Of a stretch of 64,000 bases of DNA, positions 39,088-51,100 are shown one piece after another. Positions within the stretch are counted from its first letter, which is position 1. Every line of letters begins with the position of its first letter. The DNA is from Aplysia californica (taxonomy: Eukaryota). The notes beneath the pieces were generated by a model. That model was given only the letters and a program-made list of their open reading frames with translations, did not search any database and was not told the DNA's origin. A program made the position numbers and the translations under genes. Location of the stretch: positions 783,389-847,388 of the forward strand of contig NW_004797412.1 in the NCBI RefSeq assembly GCF_000002075.1, written 5' to 3'.

Positions 39088-42000
39088 TCACCACATAAAC
39101 CTCTGGGGTGATGCCTCATTAGGCCAGAAAAATGGTCTTTTTACAAACATATAAACTGTGAATGCATTTATCAAAACGTAAAATAACAATTCAACAAACA
39201 GCAGCTTTGAGCAAGGAAGCCTCATGTTCAGCCTGACGATATAAAAGGGAACTATGTAGTAGCGGAATTCAAACAGAGCTTGGGGCACAAGGACAGCCAA
39301 CAGACAAATGATCATGGTGACCCGCCACAGCAAACCTTTGTGGATTGTCAAAGAATAAAACTGATACAGGCAGAAGATGTACCCAGGGATTAAAGCATAT
39401 CTTACCATGTCATGCCGTCTGTATATATAGGACCAAACATAAAACGTATAATGTCTGTTGTCGCTCAAGGTATACTTGTGCTCATAAGTGAAAGTTCTGA
39501 CAAGATACACCATTACCGAAGTAAACAGCAGGAATTTTACTGGATTCTTAAGCACCACACAGAGAAAAATTTTTATTTTCATTGGTGAAATAAGATGTAC
39601 AAAGGAAAATACTGCTGAGGCAGCGAGAAAATAAAAAACCTGTGGAAAATTGAGGACTGCTTGGTGATGCTTTCTGTCTCCAACAACAATTCCTTCATTT
39701 AAGTACACAAACACAGCGAAAGCTAGCAACACACATAAGTACCAAAATACTTTGCAAATAATATCCTTTATGACCGTTAAACATGTTGATGGGCTCTCAA
39801 ATACAGCTTTCACTATCAGTTTGAAAGCATGTAGATCTTCTAAGCTATGGAAATTCTCCCTCACTAATTTCTTACTCTTCAAAAACTGTTCCAGTACTTC
39901 AATTTTAGCAATGGCCACGCAAAACAGTACCCATATAACATTGGTCTGCCTGAATACTATAGCAATGCAACCAATCAAGGCAGCCAGAAAGTGTTTTTGT
40001 CCCAGGCAGAGAGAGTACATGAGCAGGGTGAAGAAGGTTGATCCAGGATCGGTGTAGTAGAACCAGGTGAAAAAATACAACACAGGGAACAAGGTCAGCA
40101 CGCAGGCATTCATCAAATGCTGAACCTTTTTGTGTCTGTCCTGTGGAGAGGCAACAAATAATGTGATCAAAAGAAAACAAAATAGCTCGCTTTCGCAATG
40201 TAAGCTACATAACATATATATTATACACAAATGTACAAAAATATTGCACCTGAGCACTTACGTGAAATAAGGAAAGGGTGAAACAACTATAACTTCAACA
40301 CAGCTAACGGTGAAAGATTACCTTTTTTTGTAAAGAAGTAACAAGAAAACAGTGGAAACTGTTTAAACCAAAATCTACCGAACCATCAAATTTTCTTCGG
40401 CTGAGCCAGGTTTTCGGAAGAGAATTTGCTCAAACAGAAGAACAAAATCATCGCTTGTTTTTTTTTTTCCAGGTAAGGCCTTCTGCTTGTGTGTTTGTTT
40501 TAGTAAGGTTTTACCGTAATCACAACAGCATAAGGACATATGAGCGCTGAGGGGTAGATGTCAACAGAGAAGCGCAAACAGGGAATCAGGCTTACTCTGC
40601 TCACCTCTCTAGCCTCAACAGCACAATGTCTGCTTTGACTATCAAGGCACCCCTGAAATAGCAGTTCACAAGAGAGTGACAAACATACAAAAGAAGTAGA
40701 GGAAAAATGACAATAATTAGGATGAGGAAAGAAAAAGCATCAGTTCCCCCTATGTTGTTCCGGCACAGTATGAGCATGACATTGATAAATCAGCCCATTT
40801 ACAATTCTACTGTGCATAAAAACATGTTAATATCCCCCCTTTGGGAAGAATGACCTAAAGACACTTCAGTAAGCAGCACTACCCAGGGGGGGGGGGAGGG
40901 GGGAGGCCTTCTACTGTTTTCAGGTTACCCATGTTCAATTCAAGTGGACTCCATCATATGTGTCACGACATGGTGGAACCAGGTGCTCGTCAATTTTAGG
41001 GCATGTGGAGTTATTGGTATGGCCTTAAAGCTTGTTCATTTGTCTTGCTTTTAATGAAAGAAATACTAATTTATCTTGAATACAAGTCAAGATATTTGTC
41101 ATTGAAGGAGGTGGGTTGCCTGGTTTCAGGGGCAAAATTAGAGATTAAATGGCTGCCAAAGTTTGGTTATTTACATAGCCTGAGAGTCCATGGAAACAGG
41201 CAATTTACATTTTTTGTGCCTTTAATCAACATGTTTCAGTAAAATCCACACAGACATGGGTTCATAAATTATTGACACAAAAGCTGTTGAGCCAAAAAGA
41301 AAATTTTTGATAAAAATGGCCAAACCAGTTTCTTTACTTTCATTATTTTGACAAGCCCCTGACTTCACCACAGTGCCTCACATATGTGTTTTTGCTTTTA
41401 AAAAATAGTTTTTTTTCATCCCACAAAAATGTTGTAGAGATACAAATGAGGGTTTAGAGAGAACGGAAGAGAAGGAAAAAAGAAATAGTTTTAGGACAGG
41501 TTGTGAGGTTTCTCTCCTTTCAGTATTAGTAGAGGTTTTACGGCGCTCGCAACTGCATAAGGTCAAATGAGCGTCAGAAGATTAGAGGTGTTACAAGACA
41601 ATAACGAAAATAAAAATGAAGAAGGGGAGATAAGGACGATAGATGTTTGATAGGAAAGAAGGAGCAAACCACACCAGAGCACCCGCCAACAGCCCACTTT
41701 CTCCCCTCACCAATACATTTACTCATGTCACAAAGTAAAGAGCCTCCACTAGATACATTTTAACAATAAAAAGTCAAGAGGCACCATTTCAAGATGGGAA
41801 CAATGCATGCTTTTTTTATAGCTTTCACCACAAACCATAAAGATAAAGCAGAAAAAGACTTCTTCTTCTTTAACAAATCTAGCATCGTCATTGTTAAAAG
41901 AAAAAACAGCCATCAAGGGACACACAAGGCCACTAGCAAACACACACATGTACAATAGTGTAACACTTATAAGCAAAAATAAAGAAAAATAAAAATCTCT

Positions 42001-44918
42001 GATTTCCAAAAAACTACATACAGTCAAAACTCTGGAACACCGTTAATTATGTTAAAAACTGTTTAGATGCTCTGATCCTAAAAAACTGCTCATGAAAATA
42101 TAAACATGAAAGTTATTAACAAAATGAAAACGACAACTGTTTCAAGACAAAGTAAAAATACAGTAAGACTTATGAAGTTGCTTTACTTAATAAAATGTGA
42201 AACGCTTGTTAATGCAAAAGGATTTCAAATCCCCCCTTTTTCCTCATCATTCTATTATGCATTGCAACTTCCCTAGGCATATAACCAAAAAATCCAGGCA
42301 CATCTGGTTTAACGCGGAGGTGTTTTTGGCCACTTCGTCATTCCTCAAAGCTTACTCTCCCCTTTCCTGTTCTTTTTCCTCTTATGGTAGCCTACTGTTG
42401 TCAGTGCTCATCACACAACATGCATTAAAGGGTAAGATCTCTCATAGAGTCTTTTTTCTCATTTCCCATGCGCAGCAGGTGGTGAAAAAGTTGCTATGTT
42501 TTGCGAGACAGGGAAACCAGACGCAAAGAAGCTGCCAACCATCTCAACATCCCATTAAAAAAATTTTCAGATCTTTATAATGGACTGCTATGATTATCAA
42601 TTTCCTGTTTTGTTATTTGTTCTTATTCTTAAACTGAGTAGATCTAGTAGCAAGGGAAACTATCAATAGCTACAACTTTCCCCCTTGAATCTCATTGTGT
42701 ATTGTCAAGACATCCATCTAAGGTTGAACATGAGGTTTCCCTTGCTTTCATTTTCCAAAGGTTACAGCTCTGTATTAGCTATTCATATATATCTGCACTA
42801 GCCAATAAACAGTAAAAAAAAAAGGAGTCACCTGCGTTTCTTTTTCTTAATGCACTGCTTTACAAAGAATCTGCTTAACAAGAGAAGAAATTCTCTGGTC
42901 TCTGAAAGTTTGTGTGATCAGGGTTTAACTGTAGGCCTATATTACCTTTCTATCCTGAAGTCTTCTTGAAAGTTGGTAGAGCAACAGAAAATTTCCCAGG
43001 TTAAAAAGTATGTTGCAGGCCCTGAGATTCTGAGTTGAGCACACTGACAGCAAATCCACTTGCTTCACCCATGCCAAAGGACTCAGGATCACAACGGAGG
43101 AAAGGTACAGTCCAGGTAATGTAGTGATCATTGGGTCCCACTGAAAATATTGAAAGGATATATTATATAATATAAATCATGCAGTTTCAATCCTTTCATA
43201 ACTAGAGTCAGTATCTGGAGCATGTTTCAAAACTCTAGAAAAGCAGTTATTTATGTGTTAGTGACAGGGGTAAGTTCACTTACACTGCCAATGTCAGAGA
43301 AATGTGTTTGGTAATCAAGAGAGCTTAGACCGAAATACTCGATAACAATTTGGCCACATATTCACATCTGTTGTGAAAAATTCCATAACTTTCGTTCGCG
43401 AAAACTGGCATGAAGTTAAGGTCAAGTGGCCTGGAAATTTACCGGGCTTGAATCCTATCGAGATCTTAGAGTAAAATTGAAAACAGAGACTGAGGAACAT
43501 GGACATTTAAAACAAACAGACTTATGAAAGGTGATGAAACCTTATGGCATAATGACCCCTTGATCAAGCAATCGTGTCAGAAACAGACATTAGAATATGT
43601 CTATTATGCCAGTGAAAACCTGGGGTCCAACTCTAGTTTTCACTTTCATCTGACCACCTAACTAAAAAAAATTCTAGCTCATTTATCATAATTTATCTTT
43701 GCCCACAAAACTTTGCTTGGAACTCCTGCAGACAAGCGACCAAACAAAATTTTTTAAAAATCTTGATCAAAGTTTGTACTCTGTTGGGCCCTAATACCCA
43801 AAACTGCTCTTGTTTCCAAAGACTTTGGGTTGGCCCTTCATATAGTCTACGTTCAAGATCACACAAAAAATGACTTAGCCAATAAATTGCTAATTTTGAG
43901 ACAGTCGCGAGTCTCGAAGGTGCTTACAAAGTCTCTTGACTCCCGTTTCATAATTAAAGTGGGGAGTTGAAACTTTCCGAAATCACAAAAGAGTTTCCCT
44001 ACCGGGTCTGTATATATACTTTGGGACTTGTTCCCGGTTACCGGGTCTGTATACACGGTAATACACTCCCATTTTTGCCTGCCCTCCTGAACGCCTAATT
44101 CAAGCCCTGAAAAAAGGCCACCTCTATTCTCACCCGGAGTGAGAATAGTGCAGGTGAGTCTTGTGGTTATTCTCACCCGATGCGCGTTCACCAAATTTTG
44201 CGTTCACCCTAAACCACAGAATTCTACACTGTGATAACAGAAAAATTGTAGAATTCTGTGCCGTGTACAAACGTTCCATTACAACTGTAGCCTACTAAAA
44301 GCGTACAATTTTGTCTGTGGGCAGTGGAGAGAGAGAGAGAAAGAAAGAGAGGAGTAGCGCGAGAATTTCCGGGCAAAAAAAAATGGCGACCCGCGTAGTT
44401 CGGCTTGATTCGAAAAGTTAAATAGTCGTAGCATCTTTGTAGACAACCAAATTAATTTACGTTTGTGTTTTAACATCATTTTTTAACTTTGTTTTGGTCA
44501 ATTTGATCGTCCACACCGATAGACAGTATTCAGAAAGAGACAGAGAGAGAGAGAAGAGGGGAGGAGTTGATCTTGCGAGAACTTCCGGGCGGGTGAGAAT
44601 AGCCACTTTCCTGAAAAAATGGTAGATCTAGAATCTAGTCTAGATTCTTGATCTAAAATCTAGATCTAGATTTTAGATCTAGATATCTAGATCTATACTG
44701 TGTTGTACTGTTAGGCCTACTTTTCAAATGACAACTTGAGTACTTGTTGAGTTTGAGTCTCGACTTACATGAGTAAAGTTGTGGTGACAATAGTGACGTC
44801 CCTGGGGGACGTGAAACACTTCGTCCATATACGGATCATTTTGGATTGACTGAAAGATACTGAATAAAATCGTCGATGTCGCCAAAATAATGCTTGTAAC
44901 CAGAAACACAGCAAACAT
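39088..44918 (-). CDS. ALG10: Dol-P-Glc:Glc2Man9GlcNAc2-PP-Dol alpha-1,2-glucosyltransferase, 465 aa
   Basis: Exons 44918-44769, 43140-42946, 40140-39088, all phase 0. Motifs PYMDEVFHVPQ..YC, WDPMITTLPGLY, YYTDPGS, FRQTNVIW, NEGIVVGDR..H, LSDNRHYTFY, LFEFRYY and C-terminal QRFMW. Confidence 0.95.
40959..41382. mobile_element. ~420-450-bp MITE, TGTG...CACA ends, TA-flanked (5 copies)
   Basis: Subterminal inverted CAGGCGCTCGTCAA motif. Copies at 10609-11064, 27283-27725, 37628-38049, 40959-41382, and partial 21700-21855. Confidence 0.78.
43320..43560 (+). mobile_element. Degenerate Tc1-like transposase relic in ALG10 intron 1
   Basis: 43427-43468 reads WPGNLPGLNPIEIL, resembling the Tc1 WPxxSPDLNPIENxW motif. 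The frame is broken by stops. Confidence 0.55.
44116..44610. mobile_element. Non-autonomous DNA element with 9-bp TSD (Mutator-like), copy 2, in ALG10 intron 1
   Basis: Flanked by CTGAAAAAA (44107-44115, 44611-44619). Near-identical to 2335-2821. Confidence 0.8.
44622..44695. repeat. Palindromic (TAGATC)n array; others at ~1496-1573 and ~23838-23856
   Basis: Directly visible TCTAGATCTAGA clusters. Confidence 0.85.
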
Positions 44919-45133
44919 CTTGCACGGTCTCTTGTCTGTCTTGCCCAGCAGTCGAAACGAAAGCTGAGGCAATGTTGACAAGTTTCGTTTGTGTGTAGTG
45001 TGTAGAACACAAATTAACGTATCAACGTACGGTAACTATCGTAAACAATCGCAATCTCGTTTCATCTATCAATACCGCGAGAGACCGTGATAATTTAGAA
45101 GGTCACGTGACTTAATCCATCAATGTAGGTAAT
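44919..45133. promoter_or_regulatory. Compact bidirectional promoter, ALG10/Raf
   Basis: Only 215 bp separate the two divergent start codons. The region is relatively CpG-rich and has a palindromic GTCACGTGAC E-box at ~45102-45111. Confidence 0.7.
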
Positions 45134-48100
45134 ATGGCGGTTATTCATCAACCAGGTATGAACGGAGACATACCAAATTTCTCGATTGGTTCCAGAGGAG
45201 ACGATGCCTACGTCTCTGGGAATCTCCAAGAGGAGGTAAAAGGATTGACCTTTAAGTAGCGAGTGCATAATACCCTCAATTTTTCTGTACCAGGGGGTGA
45301 CATCATAGTAAGATGGACAGCAGACGTCGCAAACCGAGCATCGACACCAACGACATTGTTGTTGAATCATCCCATTGTTTATGTTTATAGACGAGAATGA
45401 CATCTTTCTTCTTGACAACGCTGTCTTGTGAGAACTTAAACATGTACTCTGTGAAATGCCTGCTTGATTCAATCACATAAGACCCCTGAAAGGGTTGTAT
45501 GGCAAAGTTTTGGGCACCATTCATCATCATAATGACTTGTACTACAGAGTGTAACAAGACCTCTTACTTTGTCATCATCTGTAATCTGTGTGTGTAAAAC
45601 ATCTTTATATTAATTATCAATTTAATCTTTGTCAGGAGTCTCTTTAACCAGTGACTCAGTCTGACTTAAAGTAGCAGTGTCCCTAATCTCTGTTTCATTT
45701 TATGTGTAGATCTATATAACTTAATAGATTAGATTGTTCTTGTTCTTGAACCTTTGAATACATTTTTGAAACTATGACTATGATGAATAGACATGACAGA
45801 CACATGAATGATTCTGATTAGATTAGAAGGATAGAGTAGAGTGGGGTAGATTCTAGAGTTCTATTTTCTTGTATTAAAATAGCTCTTTCAGGGTTAGAAT
45901 ATGGGCACCGTTTGTCACTGGTGAAATAAATTAATCTTTCTGGGAGTAACTGAAAACCTTGGCAGTTCCAATGTTACTCTTCTTTTTTGCTCCTACTCCT
46001 GGTCATCGAGTGTGAATTCACTTGTGACCTGTCGCAAGTTTATTCTTGATTCTTGAATCAGTGTGTTATTGTAGCGTTGATTATTGCCAGTAGGCTATCT
46101 GAGCCTTTGCGTCAAGATAGGGATGTTTTCTTGAGGTTAAATTTAACTAGATCTAGCCAACTTCTCATTTAAAACCCGGTTTTATCTTAACCTAAAACAT
46201 AATTAAATGCGTCATGTATGACAACGCTCAGGTACATTCCCTTTTCTGATGACTAAGACGTAATTAGTCTTCAGCAATTACCGAAAACAGGTCTCTTTTA
46301 CCAGGATTTCTTTCATTAGATGTTTTGAAATAAATTCACTTAAAACAATTTAATTACCAGTTTAGTGATGTATGGCACTTTCGTAGGAGGGACCCGGCAT
46401 AGTGGGTTTACTTTCCTCTGAGATAATGAGTCAAAAAGTAATAAAATAGCCTCCGATTCCATTGCTGCTGTTGCAAGTCCACCTGACTGCTTTTCAATTT
46501 AAATGAGATGTCAAACGTTATAAATTTAAATTTCTGAGGCAGTTTTACTCACTTCTTTAAAAAGTCCCATGCATTTTTGTTATGATTTCTTTTTTATTTT
46601 GTTTTCTAAGTTTATCCAGCTTCTAAGTATTGGGGACATACACGAAATTTTAACTTTTTGAAAGGAAAATTGGAATGGCAAAACAGTTTAAAGCATTTCT
46701 CAGATGTGTAAAATGCCATGTTATCTGAAGATGATGTTCTTATTCCCTGAAGTCAGAGAACTCTTTTACTTTTTGGTGAATTTCTTTCTGGTTCTCATTT
46801 TATTCTGCCATGAATTATTGCAATTATAAACTTTTAAAGTAAAACTTTCTTTTTAAACCTTCCAAGTGTCTGTAATAATAGCTGGTAATGTCAGGAGTTT
46901 GGTATGATTTCACCATATTTTCACACTGGAAAATGCTTGAGAACAAGCAAATAAAGACAATAAACACCTATACGTTTTCAGAAAGTAGAGAATTGTGTGA
47001 AAAAATTTAAGTAGAGCTCATGTGTGAGGAACTTAAAATGATCGGTGATGATGAACCAAAATGGCGACTTAAATTACGGCTGATTATGTGAGCAGTGAAT
47101 CCACAGAACAAAAGTTACATCCCTTTAATGGCCGTCACCACTGAACTGAACTAAAGAAGGCAAAATACTCAATGGGAAATGTTTTGATTAATCTGATAAA
47201 AGACAGGAATAACACTGGTTTAAAATCTGCTCTGAGAAAATGAGCAAAGGTAAATTCAATGTTAAATTGTTCCTCGTACTGGTCTGCATCGGTTACTTCA
47301 AATGTTGGGCCTGGTCTAGAAATTTGTAGAACATTTTTTTTTTGGAGTAGATCTACATAAAATATTAAAAGCCATCGTGCTTCTGTTATAGGGGAAATCA
47401 GACTTTAATAAATTCGTTTCATACTTAAAGCTCTTGTGACTTCTTTTGAAAATTCAGGGTGGTTGCTTCTTACCAGTCTAGGACTTAAAAATCTGGTATG
47501 GGCTGAGATCAGAAAAAAACCAAATGAATATGTAAATGAACATTGACTGACAGGGAATGTCTCAGAGATAATTTCTTCGCATTGTTTTTTTTAAGAATGT
47601 TCAAAATGGCGTGGGAGACTTTTATGTAAAAATTATTTATTTTTGGAGAGTATGTGCAAATAAAAAGATTTTCATTAGTTTCAATTTGAAAGTTTGCTGT
47701 TTGTGGACTTTTTTCAAATGTGATATTTTAAGCACACTGGGAGTTGTTTGTTTGTTTTTTAGGTTTGTATGAGGCTTTTGCCTAAAGGTGAGGGTGTTTG
47801 CAAATCAACCATTACACATGGAAAACTGGTTTACTACAAAAAAAACCCCTACTTAATTTGATGCATATGGCAGGGAAATAAACTGGTCAAGCTGCACGAA
47901 ATCAAATGAGAAGATATTTGCATCTTAATCTTCAATTCTTGCTCTTCTTTCTGCCTTTATTTGTCCCCTTCAAACTAGGGTGATTAGTGGTTTCAAAATG
48001 GAGTGAGGAATTTTAATCTTTGCTTGTACTGAAGGGCAAACAAAGACAAGTTTAAATAGTTTGGTTGATATGGGTTGTTGTTTTGTTTATGTTTTTAAAA

Positions 48101-51100
48101 TGCATTAGAAATCCCCCCTCTATTGCCTCAGGTTAATGTCCCAACTTTACCTGTGTTTTTGTGGTTTGTTGTGTAATCACATTTTCACTCTACTTTCCGT
48201 CGTATGAGTGGTTAGATATCATGTTTTTTGGTTCAGTTTGTTTAATTTTAACCTCCACTTCATTTTTTCTAGCTTCTTGTATCATAGTGATTTCCAGAGA
48301 TTTACATTTATTGTTCAATGATAATTAAATTTTACAGTATTTTCCTGTGTAAGATTAGTTTTTGGCTCTGGGTTGGGGTGAAAGCATTCCACCTTGACAG
48401 TAACCTTTTCTATGTTGTATTGGATTGCATTTTATAAATGTTTGTTCATGTTCATAAACTCTAACTCAGGTGTTCTTTTGTTTCACATTTAAGATTGAAA
48501 ATATTCAACGTATCATCACTGCATTGCGAAAGAAGCTTGAGGCTATCAATGAGGAATTCGGTGGACATCAGCATCCACCAGCTCTTTATGTACAGGTAAG
48601 ATGACATGTATTGTTTTTTTCTATATTTCTACTCTACTGGGATGTACTGGACTATGTTTAGGTCTTTGTCCAAACAAAGCACGAAAGTTTCCAAATGAGC
48701 ACTAAAAGCTTGATGGTTTGGGTAATCCTTTTTTTTCTTTTCATTCAGATCCTAGTATTTTTAATCGGAGGACCCTAGTTTTGATCTTCAAGAATTCCTA
48801 AAATGATCAATTGTGTGTAATGCTGTCCTGTTATTTTCACAGAGTTCAGTTCTGTTGGAGCTGTATCTTCCTGTTCTGGTTTCAAAATTAACGCTTTCTT
48901 CAATGTCAAACTTGGGATTACTCGAAATGTCCTCATTGTCATCATTCTGTTCATTGGTGGAACTCACCATGATGTTTGGCTTTAGTGTAGATCTGATGTT
49001 GCTGAATTGTCAATTCAAAAAGATTCAGAGTTGCGGTGGAGACTTTTGTTCAGAAAAATGTTGTGGCTGTAATTTATGTTTAAAACAGTCTGAATATCGA
49101 TACAAATAGCTGGTTTAGGTAATAGTGAAGCATTTGAGATACTGCTAAGACAATGTGATGAAAATATTTTATTTACAGGTGAAGTACAGTTTTGAGTGAT
49201 ATGCTGGTGATAAAATGGTTTACTAAAATATTCTAATGGACAATTCGGCCCATCAACCCCATTTGGTTCCTGTATTGGGTTAAATTGGGGTTTTAGGTAC
49301 ATGAGTGAAAGAAATCCTGTTCCATTATTTTAAAAAGATTGTTCAGAGCCTCCCACGAGAACAGTTATTTTTCCAACAAAACACCTTGAAAGTAAGAGCA
49401 CCAAAATCTCACAAATAAGCTGTCAAAAGTTTCAAAGGTATTGAAAAGATAGATTTTTAAAAATTGTAAATTTGGTAACCCCACACCTTAAAAATTGAAA
49501 TTTTCAAAAAAAATGTAAAAGAACATGTGAAGAGCTTGCGAGGATTTTCTTTGTGTAAACACATGCTGAATGTGTCGTGAAGATACAATTTTGCGTCAGC
49601 ATTCAGGAAATTGAATACCCTTAGCCTGTTCAGACTTCCCTTCTTTAACTCATTTTGCAGGTTTAGGACTTTGTTCAATGTGTTCAGGGCATATTTTCCT
49701 GTCTTTCTGATGAAAAGTTGAAAAGTGAACATTTTAGCCCGAACTTGACCTCTTTAGTGTAAATCGAAGCCATGTATGTCTCTTTTTTAACATATTATCA
49801 AATGGAATTAATACAAAATAGTCAACTGTACATTAAGTCTGAGGTTATCATTCAGCATTGAACAAAATGTCATAAGAGCATTGAGGAGCGAGAGTTGCTT
49901 TTTTATTTATTTTTTCATTTTTTATAATTAATGAAATAAAATGAAAATAATAATGAGGGCTTTCTCAATCTCAATATGCTGATCAATTTACAGTGGAGCA
50001 AATGGTTTTGATAAGAATTTTGTTGTCCTCTCTCTCTATCTCTTTAGGAATATGAGGAACTTGCCAACAAAATTCACTACTACCAGCTGCGAGAACAGAG
50101 ACTTCAAGAACAGATGAGTGTGGGAGGTGGGTCGCCCCCACCGTCCCCGCCCCACAGCAAGTCACAGCCCGAGGAGCCTCTGTTGTCTCCGGGACCTCCG
50201 TTAACCCCGAGCAATAGCAACAGTAATCCGCGGATGCCTCCAGTGGGGCAGCGAAGTCCTCAGTTGGGTCCCAGATCAACCAATGCACACATCAAGGCTC
50301 ACCTTCCCAACAGTATGGTTACCACGGTGAGACATTGCTTTTCTGAATTGATTCAGAAGAAAATGAGGATACCCATTTGTCACTGGGATGGTGAAAATCA
50401 GATATGTTCAGTCTTTCTTGAGGAAGCACCTTGACATTTTTGCCTTGTCTGAATTGAATCTCATTCAAGGATGTCAATTAAGCAAAGACCATGTTCAATC
50501 TAGCCTTAAGTTTTGTTTTTTCTGTTATAATACCTTTTCCGATAAGGGAAGAGAAAATCCTCAATCTACCTCTCTGAAAAAAAGTTTGATTTTGTACCTG
50601 GGTAAGTTGTTGTGGAAAAGGGACAAGATTTTTTTTTGGTATTCATTGCACTGGTTAGAAGACTTCAAGGCTTGGATGAAGTAAAGTGTGTGAATGGTAG
50701 GGTGAAAATGCCACTGTTTGCTTGGTTTAGAATGTTGTGGTGTTGTAGCCTGAATCTTGGATCTTGATTAAATTTACCACTGGCCTTATTCTGGTACGAA
50801 CAAAAGAAAGTATTTCCTTCAAAAAAACACCTCAAGGTATCAAATTCTCGTTGCGCTATCTTAATTTGGGAATTTGCACCTCACCTGCAGTCTGCAGAAA
50901 ATGTCAATAGCATACCTATGTCCGTTCACTCTTCCAGGTTCTTGCAATTCCGGGTACCACCCTCAAAGATGGTCTCACTAAAGCCATGAAGAGGAGACAG
51001 TTAGATGCGTCAAAGTGCCAGGTGTTCCGACACAAAACAAGGTTGGTAGCGTTTTCTGGAACTAGTCTCTGTTCTGTCTGTGTATATCGTCGCCCGAGTA

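Noticed and set aside
40143-40257. N-terminal extension of the 389-aa ALG10 ORF
   Set aside because: Intronic read-through upstream of the CAG acceptor at 40141-40143. The true N-terminus is in exons 1-2.
47046-47150. Possible C/D box snoRNA (RTGATGA...CTGA) in Raf intron 1; similar motifs at 26715-26760 and 45780-45817
   Set aside because: No terminal stem and no convincing rRNA antisense element. The latter two are too short. An Rfam or snoscan search would be needed.
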